This document shows, piece by piece, positions 39,534 through 48,232 of a stretch of DNA of 64,000 bases. Positions within the stretch are counted from its first letter, which is position 1. The number at the start of each line of letters is the position of its first letter. Position numbers and translations under genes: made by a program. The notes beneath the pieces were generated by a model. It did not search any database. It was not told where the DNA came from and was given only the letters and a program-made list of their open reading frames with translations. Source of the stretch: an uncultured delta proteobacterium (lineage in GTDB: Bacteria > Desulfobacterota > Binatia > JACPRU01); NCBI GenBank assembly GCA_963745025.1, contig CAVUWD010000005.1:64001-128000 (forward strand), in the 5' to 3' direction.

Positions 39534-41972
39534 TCAGCTGTTGCGTGAGGACTGCTCGGGAGCGGCCTGATCATTGCCGCCGTACAGGAACCCGCGGTCC
39601 ACCTTGGGCTCCAGCTCGCCGAGTACGTCAGGGAGCTCCCCGCCTCCCCGTGCCGCCAACAGCCGGCCCATGGCGAGGGAGACGGAGAGAACCGCATTCA
39701 TTCCCAGGTTCGCCTTGCGCTGCATGACGGCGATCCGCTCCGCCACGGGCGCGTCGCGCGCGATCTTGCCGCGCTTGACTGCCAGATCCAGCTCCAACTC
39801 GAGAAGCTGACGATCGATGTGGACAAGGCTCTTGAACTCCGAGATGCGCTTTCCCATGAAGCGCGGTGCAATGACCTCCTCGACATTGGCCACGGCGTTG
39901 AGACAGCCCTTGCCGTCGTAACGCTTCGCCCTCATCCACAGCCCCGCCAGCTCGTCGTCGTTCTTCGCCGATATCGACTCCGCCCGGAGCCCGTCCCGGA
40001 AGTGGTAGACCTTCTCGGCCTCGTCATAGCGGAAGAGTTCGGGGTACTTCCGCGTGATGGGGCCGGCCTCGATCATGCTGTCGACGAGGTGGATGGCCTC
40101 GTCGGTTCCCGCCGAGGTCCCGAGGGGCGTCGCCGCCGTGAACTTGGTGCCGTTGTCGAGCCGGACGACTACCCCGACGGTAGGAATCCCCGCGTTGGTG
40201 GGCTCCTCATGGGCGCTGATGTCGCTGATGATGAGGTCGCCAGGCAGCCCCCGCGATGAGCGCACACCCTTCTCGGCCATGTGGATCAACTCCACGATGC
40301 GACCGTACTTGATGAGCCGCTCGGTGTTGCTGCCGCCTCCGCACTTGAGCCCGAGCGCGCCCACCGCGAAGGCGATGTCGGCTTCCATGACCTCGTTGGG
40401 CGATTTGGATCGATGGGAGACTACAAGCGCGAGGCCGTGCTCCTTGGCGGCGCGGGTGGCCAGCAGCGTCTCGCTGAGCGTGCCGATCTGGTTCGCCTTG
40501 ATGAGGGCGGTGTTGATGAGCCCCTCTTCGGCAGCGTGGATTATGGACGTGTCCTTGGTGGTGACGAGGTCGTCGCCGATGATCAGGATCTCATCGTCCA
40601 GCTCGGCCATGAGGCGCTTCCAGCCCTCGGGGTCGTCCTCGGAGAAGGCATCCTCCAAGGAGACGATGGGGTACTCGCGTATCCATCGCTTGTAAAGGTC
40701 CAGGAGTTCGTCGGTCGTCATCACCCGGGGATCCTCGGCGCGCCAGAAGAGGTACTTCCCGATGGACTCCTTCTCTCCGGTCTCCTCGCGGTAGGCCAGG
40801 CTGAGCTCACTGGCGGCCGGGTCGAGCGCCAGGCAGACATCGCGGTCGGGAACGAAGCCACACTCCTCGATGGCCTGCACCGCCACTTTGAGGGCGCGCT
40901 CCTCGGGGATGAGATCGCCCACACGGCGGGCGTAGGATGCGACGACGCCTCCTTCAAGACCGACGCCCACGAAGTTGAGCCCTTCCGAGTCCTGGATGAT
41001 CTGAATGACCCGGCTCTGGAGCGCGTTGGTCACGCGCTGGGCCTCGATGTAGTCCCTGGCTGTGAGGGGGATGAACATCAGCTCCTGGAAGCTGAGGTTG
41101 CCGCCCATGTCCTCCGTGTGTCTCCCGCCCATGATGGAGTTCCTGAACTCCCATGGCGCGAATACGAGCCTGCCATCGGGCAGCTCGACCTCCTGGAGGC
41201 GGTGGATCTGGAGCTTGCGCTTGATGCGCACAGACAGGGCGGTGTCGCGCAGCGTCTCCGAATCACCTCCGCTCTTCGCGGCTATCTCATGCACGGCCTT
41301 GGCCTTGCGGGCTGCCTCTCCCTGTCGCTCGCGAAACGCCCTGTACTTGCCTGGATCCGCAAGCAGGAAGTCGAACAACGCCACCGCGCCTACGGTGAAG
41401 AGCAGGCGTCCCCCAACTACCATGGGTTCGATATTCCCCATGCGGCCGAAGGCCATGAGGGCGACACCGGAGGGGAAAGCGGCCAACGCCAGCCACTTGC
41501 TGGCGTTGGGGCCGGCGGCCGAGACGGCGAGGTTCTGGGCTTTTACGGCCGGATGGTAGCTGCCAGCCTCCTTGGTGACTCCCATGGCGGCGCCCCAGGG
41601 TATCTTGAGGAACAGCTCGAGATAGAAGAGCCACCTGGCCCAGAACCCCTCCGCCATCCTGGCTTGGGCCGGGCCCAGGAACTCGGGGCGGAGGTTGTTG
41701 GTGCGCACGGCCGCGAGGTAGTGACCCATCTCATGGAGCGCAATGTTGGCATGCCAGGCCGCGTACCAGATGGCGGCTGAGATGACCACCTCAATGCTGA
41801 AGAACATCTGCCGGGCGACATCCGCCCGCGAGCTGATCGACTCCGAGATGCTCAGTAGAGAGGTGAGAAATGCCGCGTGAAAGGAGACCAGCTTGTGGTT
41901 GGCGATGACCCAACCCCGGTCCAGCCGCGGCCAGCCCCCTTCCTCATGGCTCTGAGAAGCAAACAAGTTCAC
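39534..41972 (-). CDS. Membrane HExxH (M50-like) domain fused to a circularly permuted enolase
   Basis: HEMGH and SAAGP in the TM region, then the enolase barrel (GGRH, QELM, LEGG, LDPAASE, SLED, GDDL, IKANQIG, SHRS, LKCG), then the enolase N-domain (GIPTV, PLGTSAG.DEA, RYDGKG, LGMNAVLSVSLA). Confidence 0.9.
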   Translation of the reverse strand: MNLFASQSHEEGGWPRLDRGWVIANHKLVSFHAAFLTSLLSISESISSRADVARQMFFSIEVVISAAIWYAAWHANIALHEMGHYLAAVRTNNLRPEFLGPAQARMAEGFWARWLFYLELFLKIPWGAAMGVTKEAGSYHPAVKAQNLAVSAAGPNASKWLALAAFPSGVALMAFGRMGNIEPMVVGGRLLFTVGAVALFDFLLADPGKYRAFRERQGEAARKAKAVHEIAAKSGGDSETLRDTALSVRIKRKLQIHRLQEVELPDGRLVFAPWEFRNSIMGGRHTEDMGGNLSFQELMFIPLTARDYIEAQRVTNALQSRVIQIIQDSEGLNFVGVGLEGGVVASYARRVGDLIPEERALKVAVQAIEECGFVPDRDVCLALDPAASELSLAYREETGEKESIGKYLFWRAEDPRVMTTDELLDLYKRWIREYPIVSLEDAFSEDDPEGWKRLMAELDDEILIIGDDLVTTKDTSIIHAAEEGLINTALIKANQIGTLSETLLATRAAKEHGLALVVSHRSKSPNEVMEADIAFAVGALGLKCGGGSNTERLIKYGRIVELIHMAEKGVRSSRGLPGDLIISDISAHEEPTNAGIPTVGVVVRLDNGTKFTAATPLGTSAGTDEAIHLVDSMIEAGPITRKYPELFRYDEAEKVYHFRDGLRAESISAKNDDELAGLWMRAKRYDGKGCLNAVANVEEVIAPRFMGKRISEFKSLVHIDRQLLELELDLAVKRGKIARDAPVAERIAVMQRKANLGMNAVLSVSLAMGRLLAARGGGELPDVLGELEPKVDRGFLYGGNDQAAPEQSSRNS

Positions 41973-42178
41973 CGGCGCAGCAAGGTCGTCAGGTCAGACG
42001 CCGGGGAGCCTAGCAGAAGCGAACGAGGTGCGTCAAAATAGCCCCCGTGCGACTGTTTGCGTTCTGGATCCAGCCCGGCGTCATCGCTCAACTGATGCAG
42101 TCGGGAGATTCGTAGCAAATACCAAATATCACAGCGCAGAGCCGGCTTTGCTTATCTGCGGCAAGTGGAATTGTCCCG

Positions 42179-42310
42179 GAGGTGGTGCGTGTGCTCACCG
42201 CGCTGCAACCACTGCAGGTGTCGCCGGAGACGCCCGTGTTCACCAATACCACCGGAGATCCGATCGAGCCGAAGGCGTTCTCGCGGCACTGGTACGACTG
42301 CTTGCGGGGG
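42179..42310 (+). mobile_element. Probable tyrosine integrase remnant
   Basis: VRVLTALQPLQVSPETPVFTNTTGDPIEPKAFSRHWYDCLR resembles the segment preceding box II of phage integrases, then breaks off. Recognised from memory only. Confidence 0.5.
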
Positions 42311-42482
42311 GATAGATCCTTTCTCCCCATCATCCCCATCATCCCGAGCCGGTTGACGAGCGCCTCATGCACCCCGTAAAAGCGGGCGTTACGTGGGGGA
42401 GATGGGATTGGGTGAGCGTCTGCCAACGCAGGTTCTGTAGCTTTCGGCCCCTCTAGCCATGCATGAGCGCCAGCGCGCAACG

Positions 42483-43505
42483 ATGAACGCCGCAGCGGCG
42501 ATCACCCTCGTGGTCGTCGGATCGTCAGCCTGTGCGGTGCCGTCCGGCGGGGGTCGCGGCGGGCCCCCGGCGGCCACCGCCGTCGTCGCCACCATTCCGC
42601 TCAGCAACTACGGTACCGACGTGGCGGTGCGTCCCGACGGCACGCGCGCCTACGTGCCGCTTCAGACCGGCAGTGTCCTCGCCCTCGACCTAACCAGCAG
42701 GCAGGTCGCCAGTACGATCACGACGGACGGGCGACCTTCCGCGATCGCCCTCACCAGCGACGGCGCGCACGCCTACGTGACGGACTTGACCGCTCAGTCC
42801 CTCTTCGTGCTCGACACGACCAACGACAGCCTGGCCAAGAGCATATCGATCGGAACGATCGCGCGGCCGACCCGGACGCCGGCGGTGGCGGTCAGCCGTG
42901 ACGGCCGGTGGGCATATGTTACCAACGCCACGGTCATGGACGACCATCTCCTCGTCATCGACACCGCGACCAACACCGTCGTAGGCAACCATTCCCTGGA
43001 CGTCCATCCCGTGGGAATCGCGGTGAGCCCGGACGGACGGCGCCTGTACGTCGCCGGGTGCAAGTTGTCGTGCGTCGACGGCGCCCTGCTCGTCCTCGAC
43101 GCGGCGAGCGCCAACGTCGTCTCCAGTATCCCTCTGCAGGCGGCTCCCGCCGGCTTCGTCCTGGCCCCCGACGGCTCTCGTGCGTACGCCTCGACCGGGC
43201 TTTCGGGAACGGTTCTGGCCATCGATCTCACCACCGGCACCGTCACGACGATCCCCGTCGACGCCGAGCCTCTCGGCGTTGCCATCGACCCGCGCGGCGT
43301 CTTCGTTTACGTGACCTGCTACGGCGCGAGCGACGTAGCCGTCATTGACACCCGCACGAACACGGTGGTCTCGACGGTCCCCGTGGCCAATGAACCGCGG
43401 GCGATCGCCGTGAGCCCCGATGGCCGGCTTGCCTACGTGACGCACTCTTCACCGACCTGTTCGGTGATCGACCTGCAGCGCGTCACGGGAGGCCCCGGCA
43501 CGTGA
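42483..43505 (+). CDS. YVTN/YncE-type beta-propeller repeat lipoprotein
   Basis: Seven repeats like AVSPDGRRLYV and AYVTN...VIDTATNTVV. Lipobox-like SSAC. Confidence 0.9.
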   Translation: MNAAAAITLVVVGSSACAVPSGGGRGGPPAATAVVATIPLSNYGTDVAVRPDGTRAYVPLQTGSVLALDLTSRQVASTITTDGRPSAIALTSDGAHAYVTDLTAQSLFVLDTTNDSLAKSISIGTIARPTRTPAVAVSRDGRWAYVTNATVMDDHLLVIDTATNTVVGNHSLDVHPVGIAVSPDGRRLYVAGCKLSCVDGALLVLDAASANVVSSIPLQAAPAGFVLAPDGSRAYASTGLSGTVLAIDLTTGTVTTIPVDAEPLGVAIDPRGVFVYVTCYGASDVAVIDTRTNTVVSTVPVANEPRAIAVSPDGRLAYVTHSSPTCSVIDLQRVTGGPGT

Positions 43506-43631
43506 CGGGCGGCGCGTCGCCCGAGTGACGGTCCCCCCCGTCCTCGGACCGTCGGCGTACGTATGGACGCGTCGTGCGCCGGAAACGGTTTATCTGAATT
43601 GCCCGATCCACGGAGGCTCTGAGGTGTGGCC

Positions 43632-44378
43632 ATGACTTGTGCTTCGTGCGGCGTGAGAAACGTCGATTTCGCTTCCACGTGCTTCTCATGCCGACAGCCG
43701 CTCGGGAAGCTCTCGGCGGTCACCGCTTCCGCTGCCCCACGTGAAGCCCTCGAGGCGCGGAAATCGGCGCCCCCCGGCATGACCCGCAGCGGCGCGGATG
43801 CGCCGCGCGTGCCGCGCGGCGCCATCATGCCCCTGCTGCTCGTGGCCGCGGTCGCTTGGGTCGTTGCGCGCGGTCTTCCGCTGCGCATGAGGTCGGTTTC
43901 GCCTCATTCGGCCGACGCGCCCGCGGAGCCAGCGAAGGAGGTTCGCTCGCTCCCGCTCACCGAGCCCGCTCCGCGGGAGCCCGCGGCTCCCCTGCCCGAG
44001 GAGCAGAACGGCTTCCGGCTCAGCCACTTCGAGTGGGGCGTTCCCGCTGCGGGACCGGGCAGTAGCTTCCGCACCGGCGAGACGGTGAGCGGCCGCAGCG
44101 AGATTCAAGGCTTCGGTGTGACCGCGGACGGCAAGATCGACGTGAGCGTCGCGTTCGCGTTCCGCGATTCCATGGGCAAGCTCGTAGAGCCGATCTCGCC
44201 GACGGTGCTCCGCCAGCCCATGGAGTCGGAGACGCTGTTCACGAGCTTCGACTACGCGATCCCGGTCGACGGGCCTACGGGTAAGTACGACCTCGAGATG
44301 GCGGTCGACGACGCCGTGAGCACCCGCTCGGCGCACTTTCACCGTAAGATCACCGTCGAAGCGGCGAAACCTCAATAG
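43632..44378 (+). CDS. Hypothetical zinc-ribbon, TM and Ig-like domain protein
   Basis: CASC..N.....CFSC, one TM, Pro-rich linker and beta-rich C-terminus (GKYDLEMAVDD). Confidence 0.7.
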   Translation: MTCASCGVRNVDFASTCFSCRQPLGKLSAVTASAAPREALEARKSAPPGMTRSGADAPRVPRGAIMPLLLVAAVAWVVARGLPLRMRSVSPHSADAPAEPAKEVRSLPLTEPAPREPAAPLPEEQNGFRLSHFEWGVPAAGPGSSFRTGETVSGRSEIQGFGVTADGKIDVSVAFAFRDSMGKLVEPISPTVLRQPMESETLFTSFDYAIPVDGPTGKYDLEMAVDDAVSTRSAHFHRKITVEAAKPQ

Positions 44379-44575
44379 CCGTAAAAACGGACGTTCCGAG
44401 GCATCACAAAACGGCCAAAACGGCGGCGGTCCAACGGGTCGCCTCTTGGCGTCTTGTCCGGTCTGCCTACTCGGTAGGACCGGTCTACCTGCCTGTGATA
44501 ACAACGTCGTCGCTAGCCCGAGTGCGGCGGCGCAGCGCGCAGTCGACAAAACCAAATCAAGAGGAAGGATCTCAT

Positions 44576-47079
44576 ATGAACGCAGTCAAGCAGGTCGTCG
44601 CGATAGCGCTTTCAGGTGTCGCGTTTGCGCTTCCTTCCTCATCCTGCATCGCGCAGCAAGTTACCGGTGAGTTGGGTTCGCCCAGCGCCACCACCACGAT
44701 CAGCGGAAAACAACTTCCGCCGCCCGATCCGAAGTTCGGCGGGGTGATCAAGGAGAAGGCCTCGGAGTCGAAGGCGTGGTGGCCGCCGCGCGTCGTGCCG
44801 CCGAAGGGCGCGCCCAACGTGCTGCTCATCATGACGGACGATGCCGGGTTCGGCGCGCCGAGCACGTTCGGCGGCGTCGTCCCGACCCCGGCCTTGGATC
44901 GCATCGCGAACAACGGGCTGCGGTACACGCAGTTTCACTCCACGTCGCTGTGCTCACCGACGCGGGCGGCGTTGATCACCGGACGCAACCATCACGTGGC
45001 CGGCTTTGGGGTCGTGGGCGAAGCGGCGACGGGGTTCCCGGGTTACGACTCGATCATCAGGAAGGATACCGGCACGATCGGCACGATCCTGAAGGAGAAC
45101 GGGTACGCGACCTCGTGGTTCGGCAAGGACCACAACACGCCCTTCTACCTGGCGAGCCAGGCCGGGCCGTTCGATCAATGGCCCATCGGGATGGGCTTCG
45201 AGTATTTCTACGGGTTCGTCGGCGGCGACACCAGCCAGTGGCAACCGAACCTGTTCCGCAACACGACCGCCATCTATCCCTTCCAGGGGAATCCCGGCTG
45301 GAATCTGACCACGGCGATGGCCGATGACGCGATCCAGTACATGAAGCAGCTCAAGGAGATCGCGCCCGACAAACCGTTCTTTGTCTATTACGTACCGGGC
45401 GGCACACACGCGCCGCATCATCCGACGCCGGAGTGGATCAAGAAGATCAGCGACATGCACCTGTTCGACGGCGGCTGGAACAAACTGCGCGAGACCATCT
45501 TCGCCAACCAGAAACGGCTCGGCATCATGCCCGCCGATGCCAAGCTGACGCCGTGGCCGAAGGATCTGCCGGAGTGGGATTCGCTCAGTTGGGACGAGAA
45601 GAAGCTCTTCATCAAGCAAGCCGACGTCTACGGGGCGTACCTCGCGTACACCGACCACGAGATCGGCCGGGTGATCCAGGCCGTCGAAGACCTGGGCGAA
45701 CTCGACAACACGCTTGATCATCTACATCAGCGGCGACAACGGCGCGAGCGCCGAAGGCATGCTCAACGGGACACCGAACGAGTTCACCACCTTCAATGGT
45801 GTTCCCGTGCCGGTCAAGGATCAGTTTCTCTGGTACGAGTTCTGGGGATCGGAACGGACCTTTCCGCACTTTGCGGCGGGCTGGGCGTGGGCGATGGACA
45901 CGCCGTTCAAGTGGACCAAGCAGGTGGCGTCGCATTTCGGCGGGACGGCCCAGGGCGTTGGCCATGTCCTGGCCCGGCCACATCAAGGACGTGGGCGGCA
46001 TCCGCAACCAGTTCCACCACGTCATCGATATCGTGCCGACGATCCTCGAAGCGACCGGCGTCTCTGCGCCCGAAACGATCGACGGCATCAGGCAGCGCCC
46101 GATCGAAGGCGTGAGCATGGCGTACACGTGGGACAAGGCGAACGCCAACGCGCCCACCAAACACACCACGCAGTACTTCGAGATGCTCGGCAATCGCGCC
46201 ATCTATCACGACGGTTGGGTGGCGGCGACGACCCCGGTGACCATCCCGTGGGAACTGAACACCGCCACGCCTCCGGACGTGATCACCGGCTACAAGTGGG
46301 AGCTCTACAACATCAAAGAGGACGTCACCGAGGCCAACGATCTCGCGGCCAAGATGCCGGACAAGCTCAAGCAAATGCAGGACGTCTTCTACGCCGAGGC
46401 GAAGAAGTACGACGTGCTGCCGCTCGACAACTCGACGCTCGCGCGCTTCCTCACGCCTCGTCCGAGCGCAACTGCGGGACGGAAGGTCTTCACGTATTCG
46501 GGCGAATTGACCGGCGTGCCGGCCAGCGCCGCCCCGAACATCCTGGACAAGTCCTACACCATCACCGCCGAGGTCGAGATTCCCGAGGGCGGCGCGGAAG
46601 GCATGATCGTCACCGAGGGCGGTCGCTTCGGCGGCTACGGCCTGTTCCTGAGCAAGGGCGAGTTCGGAATCGGCCGCGGCAAGGTGGTGTTTCTCTACAA
46701 CCTGCTCGATCTCAAGCGGACGGCCTGGGAAGGGCCGGAGCTGAGCGCCGGCAAGCACACCATCGTGTTCGACTTCAAGTTCGACGGCCCCGGTCTCGGC
46801 AAGGGCGGCACGGGCGTGCTGTCCGTGGACGGCAAGGAAGTGGCCAAGAACTCCATGGAGCACACCACCCCCATCATGTTCCCCGAAGACGAAGACTTCG
46901 ACGTCGGGCAAGACACGCGCACCCCGTTGGCGCTCATCGAGTATCGCTACGATTGTCCGTTCAAGTTCACGGGCAAGATCGACAAGCTGACCTTCGACCT
47001 CGGCCCGGCGCAGTACACGGAAGCGGAGCGCAAGCAACTTCCGGTCATTGCCGACCGGGTCGCCCGCGCGAAGGACTGA
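44576..47079 (+). CDS. Secreted arylsulfatase with a C-terminal LamG-like extension; two compensating frameshifts at about 45715 and 45960
   Basis: MTDDAGF, formylglycine motif CSPTRAALITGR, FGKDH and ISGDNG. Signal peptide. Confidence 0.9.
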
Positions 47080-47263
47080 GCGTTACCGGCGCGCACCGCT
47101 GTCGGCGAAGCTGCCACCTGACGCCTCCGGAGACAGCGGCGGCGCTAGCTGATGCCATCCGGCGCACACGTCGGCGCCGGAAACGGCGGGATATGCGGCT
47201 CGGACGTGGCGCGCGCTTTGCATACTCCATCGTGGGAGGCTCTGACCCAAGGTCCGGGCCGCA

Positions 47264-48202
47264 ATGACTATGAGTTCGCACACGCCAGCGGCCGAGCTCA
47301 AAGGGACCGTATTCGACATCGAGCGCTGTGCGATCTACGACGGACCGGGCATCCGAACGCTCGTCTTCCTGAAGGGATGTCCGCTTCGCTGCCTCTGGTG
47401 TGCGAATCCCGAATCCCAGCGTCGCGCCCCGGAGCTCATGTTCCACGAGAAGGATTGCACTCCGTGCGGGCGATGCATCCCCGCGTGTCCCGAACACGCG
47501 CTCTCGATCGGACCGGACGAAGCGTTCTCGATCGAATGGGCGCGCTGCACGAATTGCGGTGCCTGCTGCGACGTCTGCCCGCCGCGCGCCCTTCGCATGG
47601 CCGGCAGGGAGATGACCGTCGGCGAAGTCGTCGAGGAGATCGAGAAGGACCGGCTGTTCTACCGCCGCTCCGGCGGAGGCGTGACGCTCGGCGGAGGCGA
47701 GCCGACCCTCCAGGCGGCTTTCGCGGCCGCGCTCCTCCGGGAGCTCCGGCGCCGCTTCCTCGACACGGCGATCGAGACGTGCGGCTACGCGCGGCCCGAG
47801 GCGCTGCTGAGTGTCGTCGAGCACTGCGACCTCGTCTACTTCGACGTCAAGTTCCTGGATCCCGAGACGCACGCCGCGCTGACGGGCGTCCGGAACGAGC
47901 TCATCCTCGAAAACCTCGAACGGGTCGCGGAGCGGACGTCCGTCGTCGTTCGGATCCCGGTCGTCCCCGGCTGCACGGACCCGGACCTCAACATCCGCCG
48001 GACGACCGAGCTCGTCGCCCGCCTCGGTCCGAACGTCCAGCGGATCGAGCTCCTGCCGTATCACAATTTTGGCGAGCCGAAGTACCGGCGGCTCGGCCGT
48101 CCGTATCCCTTGCCCGATACCGTCCGCCCGGACGGCGATCGGCTCCTCGATCTCCGCCACATCGTCGAAGGCTACGGTGTCAGGGCAGCGGTCGGTCACT
48201 GA
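47264..48202 (+). CDS. Glycyl radical enzyme activating enzyme (radical SAM with a ferredoxin insert)
   Basis: DGPGIRTLVFLKGCPLRCLWCANPE, two CxxCxxCxxxC motifs and GGGEP. Confidence 0.95.
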   Translation: MTMSSHTPAAELKGTVFDIERCAIYDGPGIRTLVFLKGCPLRCLWCANPESQRRAPELMFHEKDCTPCGRCIPACPEHALSIGPDEAFSIEWARCTNCGACCDVCPPRALRMAGREMTVGEVVEEIEKDRLFYRRSGGGVTLGGGEPTLQAAFAAALLRELRRRFLDTAIETCGYARPEALLSVVEHCDLVYFDVKFLDPETHAALTGVRNELILENLERVAERTSVVVRIPVVPGCTDPDLNIRRTTELVARLGPNVQRIELLPYHNFGEPKYRRLGRPYPLPDTVRPDGDRLLDLRHIVEGYGVRAAVGH

Positions 48203-48232
48203 CGCCGCTCCCCCCAGAAAGCGAGGTCCCCG

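Noticed and set aside
36828-41972. Assigning the housekeeping symbols ppdK and eno
   Set aside because: Both architectures differ from the canonical enzymes and activity is unproven.
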